From NCBI GenBank assembly GCA_030390025.1, contig CM059431.1, positions 134,418,001 through 134,482,000 on the forward strand: a stretch of DNA of 64,000 bases, written 5' to 3'. Below the pieces are notes generated by a model. The model was not told the origin of the DNA. It ran no database searches and was given only the letters and a program-made list of their open reading frames with translations. The position numbers and the translations under genes were made by a program. This DNA is from Squalus acanthias. Its lineage: Eukaryota. Below are positions 24,701 to 36,739 of this stretch, in pieces (the first letter of the stretch is position 1; the number at the start of each line of letters is the position of its first letter).

Positions 24701-27700
24701 TCTCCCTAACCCCCATCTCTGCCCCCTGCTCCTCCCTAACCCATCTCTGCCCCCGCTCTCTCCCTAACCCATCTCTGCCCCCGCTCTCTCCCTAACCCAT
24801 CTCTGCCCCAGCTCTCTCCCTAACCCCCATCTCTGCCCCCGCTCTCTCCCAAACCCCAATCTCTGCCCCCGCTCTCTCCCAAACCCCAATCTCTGCCCCC
24901 GCTCTCTCCCAAACCCCATCTCTGCCCCCGCTCTCTCCCTCACCCCCATCTCTGCCCCCGCTCTCTCCCTAACCCCCATCTCTGCCCCTGCTCCCTCCCT
25001 AACCCCCATCTCTGCCCCCGCTCTCTCCCTAACCCCCATCTCTGCCCCCGCTCTCTCCCTAACCCATCTCTGCCCCCGCTCTCTCCCTAACCCATCTCTG
25101 CCCCGCTCTCTCCCCAACCCATCTCTGCCCCCGCTCTCTCCCAAACCCCCATCTCTGACCCCGCTCTCTCCCTAACCCCCATCTCTGCCCCCGCTCTCTC
25201 CCTAACCCCCATCTCTGCCCCCGCTCTCTCCCTAACCCATCTCTGCCCCCGCTCTCTCCCTAACCCATCTCTGCCCCCGCTCTCTCCCTAACCCATCTCT
25301 GCCCCCGCTCTCTCCCTAACCCATCTCTGCCCCCACTCTCTCCCTAACCCATCTCTGCCCCCGCTCTCTCCCCAACCCATCTCTGCCCCCGCTCTCTCCC
25401 AAACCCCCATCTCTGCCCCCGCTCTCTACCAAACCCCAATCTCTGCCCCCGCTCTCTCCCAAACCCATCTCTGCCCCCGCTCTCTCCCCAACCCATCTCT
25501 GCCCCCGCTCTCTCCCTAACCCATCTCTGCCCCCGCTCTCTCCCTAACCCCAATCTCTGCCCCCGCTCTCTCCCTAACCTCAATCTCTGCCCCTGCTCCC
25601 TCCCTAACCCCATCTCTGCCCCCGCTCTCTCCCTAACCCCCATCTCTGCCCCCGCTCTCTCCCAAACCCCAATCTCTGCCCTCGCTCTCTCCCAAACCCC
25701 AATCTCTGCCCCCGCTCTCTCCCAAACCCCATCTCTGCCCCCGCTCTCTCCCTCACCCCATCTCTGCCCCCGCTCTCTCCCTAACCCCCATTTCTGCCCC
25801 TGCTCCCTCCCTAACCCCCTCTCTGCCCCCGCTCTCTCCCTAACCCCCATCTCTGCCCCCGCACTCTCCCTAACCCATCTCTGCCCCCGCTCTCTCCCTA
25901 ACCCATCTCTGCCCCCGCTCTCTCCCCAACCCATCTCTGCCCCCGCTCTCTCCCAAACCCCCATCTCTGACCCCGCTCTCTCCCTAACCCCCATCTCTGC
26001 CCCCGCTCTCTCCCTAACCCCCATCTCTGCCCCCGCTCTCTCCCTAACCCATCTCTGCCCCCGCTCTCTCCCTAACCCATCTCTGCCCCCGCTCTCTCCC
26101 TAACCCATCTCTGCCCCCACTCTCTCCCTAACCCATCTCTGCCCCCGCTCTCTCCCCAACCCATCTCTGCCCCCGCTCTCTCCCAAACCCCCATCTCTGC
26201 CCCCGCTCTCTCCCAAACCCCAATCTCTGCCCCCGCTCTCTCCCAAACCCATCTCTGCCCCCGCTCTCTCCCCAACCCATCTCTGCCCCCGCTCTCTCCC
26301 TAACCCATCTCTGCCCCCGCTCTCTCCCTAACCCCAATCTCTGCCCCCGCTCTCTCCCTAACCCCAATCTCTGCCCCTGCTCCCTCCCTAATCCCCATCT
26401 CTGCCCCCGCTCTCTCCCTAACCCCCATCTCTGCCCCCGCTCTCTCCCAAACCCCAATCTCTGCCCTCGCTCTCTCCCAAACCCCAATCTCTGCCCCCGC
26501 TCTCTCCCAAACCCCATCTCTGCCCCCGCTCTCTCCCTCACCCCCATCTCTGCCCCCGCTCTCTCCCTAACCCCCATCTCTGCCCCCGCTCTCTCCCTAA
26601 CCCCAATCTCTGCCCCCGCTCTCTCCCAAACCCCATCTCTGCCTCCGCTCTCTCCCTCACCCCCATCTCTGCCCCCGCTCTCTCCCTAACCCCCATCTCT
26701 GCCCCCGCTCTCTCCCTAACCCCCATCTCTGCCCCCGCTCTCTCCCTAACCCCCCATCTCTGCCCCCGCTCTCTCCCTAACCCCCATCTCTGCCCCCGCT
26801 CTCTCCCTAATCCTATCTCTGCCCCCGCTCTCTCCCAAACCTATCTCTGCCCCCACTCTCTCCCGAACCCATCTGTGCCCCCGCTCTCTCCCTAACCATC
26901 TCTGCCCCTGCTCTCTCCCTAACCCCCCATCTCTGCCCCTGCTCTCTCCCTAACCCCCCATCTCTGCCCCCGCTCTCTCCCTAACCTCCATCTCTGCCCC
27001 TGATCTCTCCCTAACCCCCCATCTCTGCCCCCGCTCTCTCCCTAACCCCCCATCTCTGCCCCCGCTCTCTCCCTAACCCCCATCTCTGCCCCCGCTCTCT
27101 CCCTAACCCCCATCTCTGCCCCCGATCTCTCCCTAACCCCCCATCTCTGCCCTCGCTCTCTCCCTAACCCCCCCATCTCTGCTCCTGCTCTCTCCCTAAC
27201 CCCCATCTCTGCCCCCGCTCTCTCCCAAACCCCCATCTCTGCCCCCGCTCTCTCCCAAACCCCAATCTCTGCCCCCGCTCTCTCCCAAACCCATCTCTGC
27301 CCCCGCTCTCTCCCCAACCCATCTCTGCCCCCGCTCTCTCCCTAACCCATCTCTGCCCCCGCTCTCTCCCTAACCCCAATCTCTGCCCCCGCTCTCTCCC
27401 TAACCCCAATCTCTGCCCCTGCTCCCTCCCTAATCCCCATCTCTGCCCCCGCTCTCTCCCTAACCCCCATCTCTGCCCCCGCTCTCTCCCAAACCCCAAT
27501 CTCTGCCCTCGCTCTCTCCCAAACCCCAATTTCTGCCCCCGCTCTCTCCCAAACCCCATCTCTGCCCCCGCTCTCTCCCTCACCCCCATCTCTGCCCCCG
27601 CTCTCTCCCTAACCCCCATCTCTGCCCCCGCTCTCTCCCTAACCCCAATCTCTGCCCCCGCTCTCTCCCAAACCCCATCTCTGCCTCCGCTCTCTCCCTC

Positions 27701-29390
27701 ACCCCCATCTCTGCCCCCGCTCTCTCCCTAACCCCCATCTCTGCCCCCGCTCTCTCCCTAACCCCCATCTCTGCCCCCGCTCTCTCCCTAACCCCCCATC
27801 TCTGCCCCCGCTCTCTCCCTAACCCCCATCTCTGCCCCCGCTCTCTCCCTAATCCTATCTCTGCCCCCGCTCTCTCCCAAACCTATCTCTGCCCCCACTC
27901 TCTCCCGAACCCATCTGTGCCCCCGCTCTCTCCCTAACCATCTCTGCCCCTGCTCTCTCCCTAACCCCCCATCTCTGCCCCTGCTCTCTCCCTAACCCCC
28001 CATCTCTGCCCCCGCTCTCTCCCTAACCTCCATCTCTGCCCCTGATCTCTCCCTAACCCCCCATCTCTGCCCCCGCTCTCTCCCTAACCCCCCATCTCTG
28101 CCCCCGCTCTCTCCCTAACCCCCATCTCTGCCCCCGCTCTCTCCCTAACCCCCATCTCTGCCCCCGATCTCTCCCTAACCCCCCATCTCTGCCCTCGCTC
28201 TCTCCCTAACCCCCCCATCTCTGCTCCTGCTCTCTCCCTAACCCCCATCTCTGCCTTCGCTCTCTCCCCAACCCCCCATCTCTCCCTAACCCATCTCTGC
28301 CCCTGCTCTCTCCCAAACCCCCCATCTCTGACCCCGCTCTCTCCCTAACCCCAATCTCTGCCCCCGCTCTCTCCCAAACCCCATCTCTGCCTCCGCTCTC
28401 TCCCTCACCCCCATCTCTGCCCCCGCTCTCTCCCTAACCCCCATCTCTGCCCCCGCTCTCTCCCTAACCCCCATCTCTGCCCCCGCTCTCTCCCTAACCC
28501 CCCATCTCTGCCCCCGCTCTCTCCCTAACCCCCATCTCTGCCCCCGCTCTCTCCCTAACCCCTATCTCTGCCCCCGCTCTCTCCCTAACCCCTATCTCTG
28601 CCCCCGCTCTTCCCTAACCTATCTCTGCCCCCACTCTCTCCCTAACCCCTATCTCTGCCCCCGCTCTCTCCCTAACCCCCATCTCTGCCCCCGCTCTCTC
28701 CCTAACTCCCATCTCTGCCCCCGCTCTCTCCCTAACCCATCTCTGCCCCCGTTCTCTCCCTAACCCATCTCTGCCCCCGATCTCTCCCCAACCCCCATCT
28801 CTGCCCCCGCTCTCTCCCGAACCCATCTGTGCCCCCGCTCTCTCCCTAACCATCTCTGCCCCTGCTCTCTCCCTAACCCCCCATCTCTGCCCCTGCTCTC
28901 TCCCTAACCCCCCATCTCTGCCCCCTCTCTCTCCCTAACCCCCATCTCTGCCCCTGATCTCTCCCTAACCCCCCATCTCTGCCCCCGCTCTCTCCCTAAC
29001 CCCCCATCTCTGCCCCCGATCTCTCCCTAACCCCCCATCTCTGCCCTCGCTCTCTCCCTAACCCCCCCATCTCTGCTCCTGCTCTCTCCCTAACCACCAT
29101 CTCTGCCTTCGCTCTCTCCCCAACCCCCCATCTCTCCCTAACCCATCTCTGCCCCTGCTCTCTCCCAAACCCCCCATCTCTGCCCCCACTCTCTCCCTAA
29201 CCCCCCATCTCTGCCCTCGCTCTTTCCCCAACCTCCCATCTCTGCCCCCACTCTCTCCCTAACCCATCTCTGCCCCCGATCTCTCCTAAACCCCCCATCT
29301 TTGCCCCCACTCTCTCCCTAACCCCCATCTCTGTCCCCACTCTCTCCCTAACCCCCCATCTCTGCCCTCGATCTCTCTCCGAGCCCCTGC
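18775..29390. repeat. ~10.6-kb tandem array, unit ~28-31 bp, consensus CCCCATCTCTGCCCCCGCTCTCTCCCTAAC
   Basis: Direct reading; roughly 360 units by length; unit length varies mainly in the C run; more divergent toward the right end. Confidence 0.97.
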
Positions 29391-30628
29391 GATCAGCTCC
29401 CCGACCCTCCAAACCACACTGTACCCATTACCCCCTCTCCCCGAGCAGCAGGAAATCTACCTGCTCCTGGTCTGCGGCCTCTTCTGGAGCCTTCCCCACC
29501 CAAAAGTGAGCCAAGCCTGTCAATCAGGCTGGCTTCCGGGCAGGGAGCATGTTTAAAAAAAATATGCGTGCCATGGAGTTAAAACTTCTCGGCGTTTGAA
29601 CTTCTTCCCCCTGCTTGGAAATCCCATCCCAGTAAATATCGGGGCCAATGATTCAGCGGAGGAAAATGGTAATGAAGATCCCATCTTGATTTTTTTCTTT
29701 CCATTCTCAGAATGAGGGCATCACCAACAAGACCAGCATTTCTTGCCAATCCCTGAACTGAATGGCCACTTCAGAGAGCAGTTAAGAATCAACTATGTTG
29801 GTGTGGGACTGGAACAGGGGAAAGCCATTCTGCCGCTCAAGGCTGTTCAATTAGATAATGGCTGATCTGTATCTTAACTCCATCTACCCTCTCCTAAAAT
29901 TTTTTTATCAATCTCAGTTTTCAAATTTTCAATTGACTTAGACTGGTCTCCACAAGTGATTTGGACAGCTGGTTGGATTTTTCCATGGTCACTTTTACTT
30001 TCTATATTTTTACTTCCATATTTTTTTAACTGAATTCAACTTCTCAAACTGCCATAGGTTTTGAACTTGCATTACTCTGGATTGCGAGTCTAGTAATATA
30101 ACCACTACGCTACCATTCCCCTCCATAGGAAATACTATGATAAAAACAATTAAGACAAATGTCATAAGGGGAAGCTTTGCTTGTCACACCTCTTCAATAG
30201 AGGACACCTATTCAGGAGAATCATGGACTATAGTTTATAACCTATATGTAGGCAAACCTGATAATTCAAGATGTGATGTTCACAAGGTCTGGTCAATGGC
30301 CAGAAATTCACATTCTATGGATCATGATGCACTCTGTTCATTTCACACGCTAAGTAACTAACATTAAAATAAGTTAATACAAATATTGATAACATATATT
30401 GATGACAAAGCATTTCTGTAATCAATCTTTTTTTCTTAATACTGTTCTCAATTCTGACACCATTCTCTATGAAATATGAATATCTTACTTGTAATATAAA
30501 ACTACAAAAACATTTGATATTTGCCAAATGGAAATACATAGTTAGTCACAAACTCTACCCGCTATGTTTATACAGAAAATAGAGAGGTCGCACAACACCA
30601 GGTTATAGTCCAACAGTTTTATTTTAAA

Positions 30629-30666
30629 TCACAAGCTTTCGGAGTTAAAACTCCTTCGTCGGGTGA
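30629..30666 (-). ncRNA. Hammerhead-like motif with variant core CCGACGA
   Basis: TCAC-CCGACGA-A-GGAGTT-TT-AACTCC-GAAA-GCTT-GTGA. Confidence 0.6.
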
Positions 30667-31148
30667 AGTGAGGAGATACAGAATCGTCAAAGCATATATA
30701 GATAGAGAACAAAGCATGTGTAACTTACAATTGCAGACAACTGAATTCAATCATCCTGACTGTTTATCTGCCGAGGTGTGATAAAGTTAATCAGGTCAGC
30801 CAGGAAGGTACCACATCAAAGACATAGCAAGATACAACTGAGACAATGAGGTGGAATCGCATGGGGTCGAACGTGTCAAAAGCTGCCGTCTGTATGTAAA
30901 ACGATTAACTTTAAAAGTTAAAAAGACGGCAGCTTTTGACACGTTCGACCCCATGCGATTCCACCTCATTGTCTCAGTTGTATCTTGCTATGTCTTTGAT
31001 GTGGTACCTTCCTGGCTGACCTGATTAACTTTATCACACCTCGGCAGATAAACAGTCAGGATGATTGAATTCAGTTGTCTGCAATTGTAAGTTACACATG
31101 CTTTGTTCTCTATCTATATATGCTTTGACGATTCTGTATCTCCTCACT

Positions 31149-31186
31149 TCACCCGACGAAGGAGTTTTAACTCCGAAAGCTTGTAA
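31149..31186 (+). ncRNA. Hammerhead-like motif with variant core CCGACGA (mirror copy)
   Basis: TCAC-CCGACGA-A-GGAGTT-TT-AACTCC-GAAA-GCTT-GTAA. Confidence 0.55.
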
Positions 31187-31801
31187 TTTAAAATAAAACT
31201 GTTGGACTATAACCTGGTGTTGTGCGACCTCTCAATTTTGTCCACCCCAGTCCAACACCGGCATCTCCGCATCATATACAGAAAATAACCAGCCACCTTG
31301 AAAAGAATGAACACAATGCAGTGGAAAGCATTCAAAAGCAAATCAATACAATGAGAAGTAAAGAAATATGCAAATATCATATTAAACTGAAAAGAATTTG
31401 TACAGTTTACTTAAAGCTCTTGTTTGACTTTCAGAATGATGCATTATAAAACTTTAATGTGGGACTAATAATATTTTAAAAAGTTTCATTAGCCAACATT
31501 GAATAGAGAAACAATATCCACATCATGCTAGTTCAGTGTTGCAAACAGTTAAATTATAAAGTTACTTTCTAAGAAGAACAAAACAATTCTCATTTTCCCT
31601 GTCTGATTTGATCTATTATTGCATGCTGCATTACATTGTGAGGATGAGCAATCACAGGCAGGGAGTTACAATACAACTGGATGAAGTTAATGGCATTACA
31701 AACTATAACAATGGTTTTTAATTGATTTATGAACAGCTGAAGAACCCAGAGATGTAATTACTACCTTAAACTTACTGCCACAGATTCATTATTCTTTAAA
31801 T

Positions 31802-32405
31802 CAGGGCCAGCCTACGGGTTGGCGACGTGGGCGACCGCCCAGGGCACCGTGGTCAAGAGGGTTTGACATTAACGGCGTCGACCTCTGTGAAGAACTTTGC
31901 TTTCTCCAAAGTCTGCTTCCAATGGACTGTAGCGCTCCTCAAGAAGAACAAACTTCAAGTTTCAAGAGCAAGTTCCCAAACACGTGGATCGCGCTCAGCA
32001 TCCTGTTGATCAAGCCCGTATCGGTGGCGTGCAGTGAACAGAGCTTCTCGAAGTTGAAGCTCATAAAAACATATTTGCGATCGACCATGGGAGACGACAG
32101 GCCATCTTAGCTGGCCATCCTGTCTATCGAGAATGAAGTGGCTTAAAATATCTTGGTGAACAAAGTATTTTATTTGTTATTTTTATTTATTAGTTTAGTG
32201 TTTAATTTAATGTTTAGTTTATATGTCACTTAGCTATAGTGTTATTTTTTATGAGTTATATTGTTAATTATTTAAATTATAAAAACTTTGGAGATTACAG
32301 CTTTATTTCTGAAGCTTTCACTAATACTACTACATAATTAAACTCAAAGAAAGGGCGCCAAAACAGAAGTTCATCCAGGGCGCCATTTTTCCTAAGCCGG
32401 CCCTC
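31802..32405 (+). mobile_element. Internally deleted hAT transposon (Tip100-like) retaining the transposase C-terminal dimerisation domain
   Basis: FPNTWIALSILLIKPVSVACSEQSFSKLKLIKTYLRSTMGDDR at ~31974-32100; termini CAGGGCCAGCCTA / TAAGCCGGCCCTC; degraded 8-bp flanks CTTTAAAT / CATTAAAG. Confidence 0.8.
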
Positions 32406-32519
32406 CATTAAAGTATATATTTTGAGGTGTAAAGCCAGTCTAAATGATTTTTTAAACCACTATTGTGTTGTAGGCATACAGACAACAGTAGAGATGGTAT
32501 GATATAGATTAAAAATGTA

Positions 32520-33254
32520 GGCCCAGATATTCCGATCCCTACGGGTGGGTGCGCGCTGTGTACCCACCCGTAGGGACATCGGAAATGCCGGTTTCAGGCA
32601 TGCACTGCGCATGCGCTGGAAACTGGCATTTCCGATCTGTCAGGAATGCTCTTGACAGAGCCTCCGGCTGCCCTGGAGAAGGGCCTCTGCGGGCGGATAG
32701 TTCCGGTTTTTGGAGACCCTCCACCCGCAGAAAACCCTTACAATTCTTACGCCTGGTAAAAGCAGGCATAAGGCCTGCTTTTACCAGGATAAGAGTTGAA
32801 AAAAAGTAAAAAAAAAAAATTTTCACTGATTTATCATTTAAAAATACTTTAAAAAAAGGTAAGTTTATTTTTAGCCCCGTAAAAAACTTTAATTATTTTT
32901 TTCAAATTTATTGCAATTTCAAGTCATTTTAAAAATGTGATTTTTTTTTTTATTTGAATTTATTTAAAGTTTTACTATGTTTTTACATTGATCTCCATTC
33001 ATATATTTGACAGGTCTTCCTGTCAAATGTATGAAGGGAGATTCCCTTCTGTGATTGGCTCCCCATGGCCCATGTGATCCCAGGGACGCTGCGAACTACC
33101 TGCGCCTCTGGGATACGTGGGCCCTGCGCACTTGCAGTTTGGTGAGGCCCAGGAGCGGAAGCGTGTGCGTCCCGGGAGCCCTCCGGTAAGGGCACAGATT
33201 TTTCCAGATCGCAGGCCTCCGCCCGCGGGAGGCCTCTGATCGGAAAATACGGCC
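32520..33254. mobile_element. PIF/Harbinger-type MITE
   Basis: Termini GGCCCAGATATTCCG / CGGAAAATACGGCC; 3-bp duplication GTA; shares GCATGCACTGCGCATGC and GTGATCCCA..GGGATACG blocks with 41472-42213. Confidence 0.8.
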
Positions 33255-34674
33255 GTAGTAAGTAGGATAGTGATAAATAGCTCTTTACAAGTAAGTGTTT
33301 CATTACTTTTAAAGGTGACTATCTCGAGAATCCTGCTCCACCACTGTAACTTTGGCGAAGTCTTGTTTATGCACGTAAACAGGGTTTCTACCGAACTTCC
33401 GCCAAAGTTATGGCGACGGAGCTGGAAGAGCCCTGAGGACATTCCTGGCACATGTTTACATTAAGTACATCTGAAACCACCTTTCTGCAAATAAACAATT
33501 GGTCTGTTAATATTTAATATAGTATATGCATAAATCTTTATTTTGTTTATTGTTTCGCACCAATGTTAGTGTTAAGTCAATCCATTAACTGTTGGACCCA
33601 GTCCTATGCAAACTTATTTGCAAAAATATATCACATAAAATTGCTGTAACTGTGAGTTCAATAAAGCCCTGGACTGATACTTAAGTAATCTGCATTGGAA
33701 ACAGGGAACATTATTGTAGTACTGACAGCTCCAGTTCACTAATTAGTAAATAAGCATAATATAGGATTTTTTTGTGTGTACCAAAGCGAAATGTTCCAGC
33801 GGTTGAAACACATGCTATATCTAAGGCTGATGTATACCTGAGGTCAATGTAACATGGATTTACTGTGTATTGATGTATATTAACTATCTGCTAATAGTGG
33901 TATAACAACACCCAATAACATTAAATAGTAAACAATGCACTGTGAATTTTACCTTTCATACTGCTGCTGTATCTGTATCATGACTACTCAGAAAGACGTG
34001 GTCATGATATAAGCATTCATGCAAACCAACAAATACTTGGTGAAGTTCAGGAGTAAAAATTTGAAATCCTGTCTGAACATGCTAAGGGTTTCAAGAGTGA
34101 CTACTGGCATAAGGGCCAAAGTTGAAAGCAAAGTGTATTACTTGATATTATTGGTCCCTTTTGTAAACAATGGCAAATATTTTCTTATTAAAGAACTGCC
34201 ACTATGCATTAGTCATACTTGAGTGACACTAGAAGCAATGGTAGAAAATATCTACTACTAGGACCAGTTTCAATCCTTGTGAATCCTTGTTTATTTACAT
34301 ACATGAATTGGAACAAAGATTATAATATTGATAACTATTTTCTGGAAACAGACTGTCTGCTTTCAGCTTTGACCATAACAGCATATTAATAACCACAAAT
34401 GTGAACATCACAGCAAAATTGTAGTCTGTTTCCAATTTATGATAAGCATGTAGATATCATAGGAATTTTTATGATGTCTACACCAAGGTTCACACACATC
34501 CATCATCTTCCAAACATTAGTGCCATAACAAATCCATATAAAACTGTACACCCTTGTACATAACAAAAGTTCTCAAGTTCCGTACATCCTGGGAGGTTAC
34601 AAGTTACATGTTTTCACTCTAATTTTAGTTGTTACTCATTCAGCGTGCAGTGCAGGATAGTAATTTCATAGATG

Positions 34675-34697
34675 CTAGAGTTCATCTCGCTTAGGAG
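34675..34697 (-). CDS. UGGT2: UDP-glucose:glycoprotein glucosyltransferase 2, terminal coding exon
   Basis: Minus strand TTTCTTTTTTTCCAG|CT CCT AAG CGA GAT GAA CTC TAG = (A)PKRDEL*; phase matches the preceding exon; ER-retrieval-type ending. Confidence 0.85.
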
Positions 34698-35225
34698 CTG
34701 GAAAAAAAGAAATCTTAGATTAAATACTACTTTCAGTAGATACACCCCATCACAACCTTCACCATGGAACCAATGATGCCTGGTATTATTTAAACTTTAA
34801 GAAATGTTCTTTCAGAGTTGCAAATTATGCACTATTTATAGCACTATCAAACTATTATTTTTAAAGTTTTCTCTTAGCAATTATAGTAGAGGCCAGCTAT
34901 ATTGATCAAGTTGTGCAATGGCTGAAATGATCACCATAACTGACTGATCATTACAGCAGATTACGCATGTGTAACGCTGCTCAGTTCTGATGGGCACTTT
35001 AAACAGTTGACTAAGCAGCTGCTCACCCTCTTCTTAAAATCAGTACTTTTAATAACAGCTGATATCAATATCCCTGCTTTTTATGGTACATCCATTTAGT
35101 CTCAAACTAACTGCTGCCCAGTGCTACATGCCAATTTAAACAGGTCAGATAGGCCCTAGACAGTACTGATGGACTTTGGACTTTTTGAAATGGCATATTA
35201 GTACCTGCTTTTAAGGAAGAAAAGA

Positions 35226-35665
35226 ATGGACTTGGTAAAAGAGCAGAATTTGGTTAAAGGTATGAACAACAAAAGAAAGAACACAGAACGATCAGCTTGG
35301 CCAAAATCAGAGTGCATCATGGTCTTTCCTTACTGTCTAGGATGCTTGGGAGAGAACGCACAGTCAGCAAGACTGATTGTAGCCCTTAGTAGGCTAGAAA
35401 ACCAGCACATGATAAACATGCTGGCTACTACAAAGAGTCAAGGCTGGAAGAACTGGTAAACAAGGCCTGAAGAACTGTTGGAACTGGAAAACATGCCCAA
35501 ATATGGAATTATGGCATTCACAATCCTGAAGAAGAACATATAAAAACACAGGCGACATTCGAACAAGATGGCATAAGAGAGGAAACTTCTTATCTCTCAA
35601 GAAAAAGGACTTGGCCATTCCTTCGTTCTTGAGTTGCACTTCGTAGAAAGGTTGTATGAGAAGCT
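35226..35665 (+). mobile_element. Possible ancient CR1/L2 3'-end remnant
   Basis: SARLIVALSRLENQHMINML weakly resembles the CR1 ORF2 C-terminal segment; very degenerate. Confidence 0.3.
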
Positions 35666-36039
35666 ATACTTCCTTTCTAGTAAAAACTGTCATGTCTGAA
35701 TGTCAAATCAAAATCTTTAGAGTTATTGACCTTCCATATCATGACAGATCTGGTGCTGAAACCCGGGATACAAAAGTGTTAAGATTAACTGAGAATTAAT
35801 TTGGAGTAAAAGGCATCGGCCTAGTTGGTTGGGAAAGTCTAGAGCATGTTCCAGACCAGCTAGAGACAGGAAGGACTACTCCCTCAAAACAACTTGACAG
35901 CTAGAGAAGTTGAGGAACCAGTAGTTAGGATAATCACGTCCTAGTGCAACTGGTTTAGGAGATTAACTAAGTGTCTGGAGCTTAGTTGTAGGCATTGTAC
36001 AGTTGGCAGTGTGCTACGTGTGGGTACACTAAAGACATT

Positions 36040-36739
36040 GGGCTGGATTTTGATACTGGGGCGGGTTGGGGTCGTGTCATCCACTTTTCGTGTTATCCAC
36101 CCGACTGCAATTGGATGTGGGAGATTGATGCAATATTCACCTAATTGGGCAATTGAGTTCCAGCATGTGGGAACCCATGACCCAATTAGTGTTTTGAGTC
36201 TAAAAGTCGCCTCTGATGATGTCATCATTGCTGCTGCATTGAAGGTCTGGAAAGATTGCCTGGCCTTTGCTGTGAGAGGACCTGAAGGCAAAATGAGCAG
36301 CAGCCCTAAGTCTGCTCCCAGATATTTTTGTACCACCACCACCACTCCCAGATATTATTTCTCCTCCTCCTCCTACTACTACTACTACAACATCTCCATT
36401 GTAATAGTGGACCTGCACCTGATAGTCAGCTTTTGAAATGTGTTACCGCCAGGTTTCACATTCGTGGTTCAGAACAGGCGTGCTTCATGTAGAAAAAGGG
36501 TTAAAATCACAAAGGCCATTCAAAATGGCATTATAGAGGCAATTTAGTGCTTGTTAAGGGCCTTAACAGCCTATCCCGCCTCTTAGAGGCGGGACGGAGT
36601 CGGGACCAGCAAACATGATTTATTGAAAATTGCGTGGAGGCGGGATGGAGACGGGCTTGTGCCCACCCGCCAGTTTTCACAATTTTAACCCCCCACATGC
36701 CTCCAAACCCACCTCCACGGGTCAATGAAAATTCTGCCC
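36040..36739. mobile_element. PIF/Harbinger-type MITE
   Basis: Termini GGGCTGGATTTT / AAAATTCTGCCC; 3-bp duplication ATT at 36037-36039 and 36740-36742. Confidence 0.7.

Larger units (their letters stand above)
30582..31274. mobile_element. Penelope-like insertion forming a long palindrome
   Basis: Arms 30582-30891 and 30923-31233 are reverse complements around a 31-nt spacer; same tail as 8711-8745; duplication TATACAGAAAATA at 30569-30581 and 31275-31287. Confidence 0.88.

Noticed and set aside
18775..29390. Interstitial telomere or chromosome fusion site
   Set aside because: No contiguous (TTAGGG)n, no head-to-head inversion, and conserved gene order on both sides.
18832..29412. Many G/R/E-rich ORFs (MGVRERAGAE...) on the minus strand
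   Set aside because: Translations of the tandem array; frames break at random with C-run length.
31922..32110. ZMYM1-like host exon
   Set aside because: It is a hAT dimerisation domain between TIR-like ends, followed by an in-frame stop.
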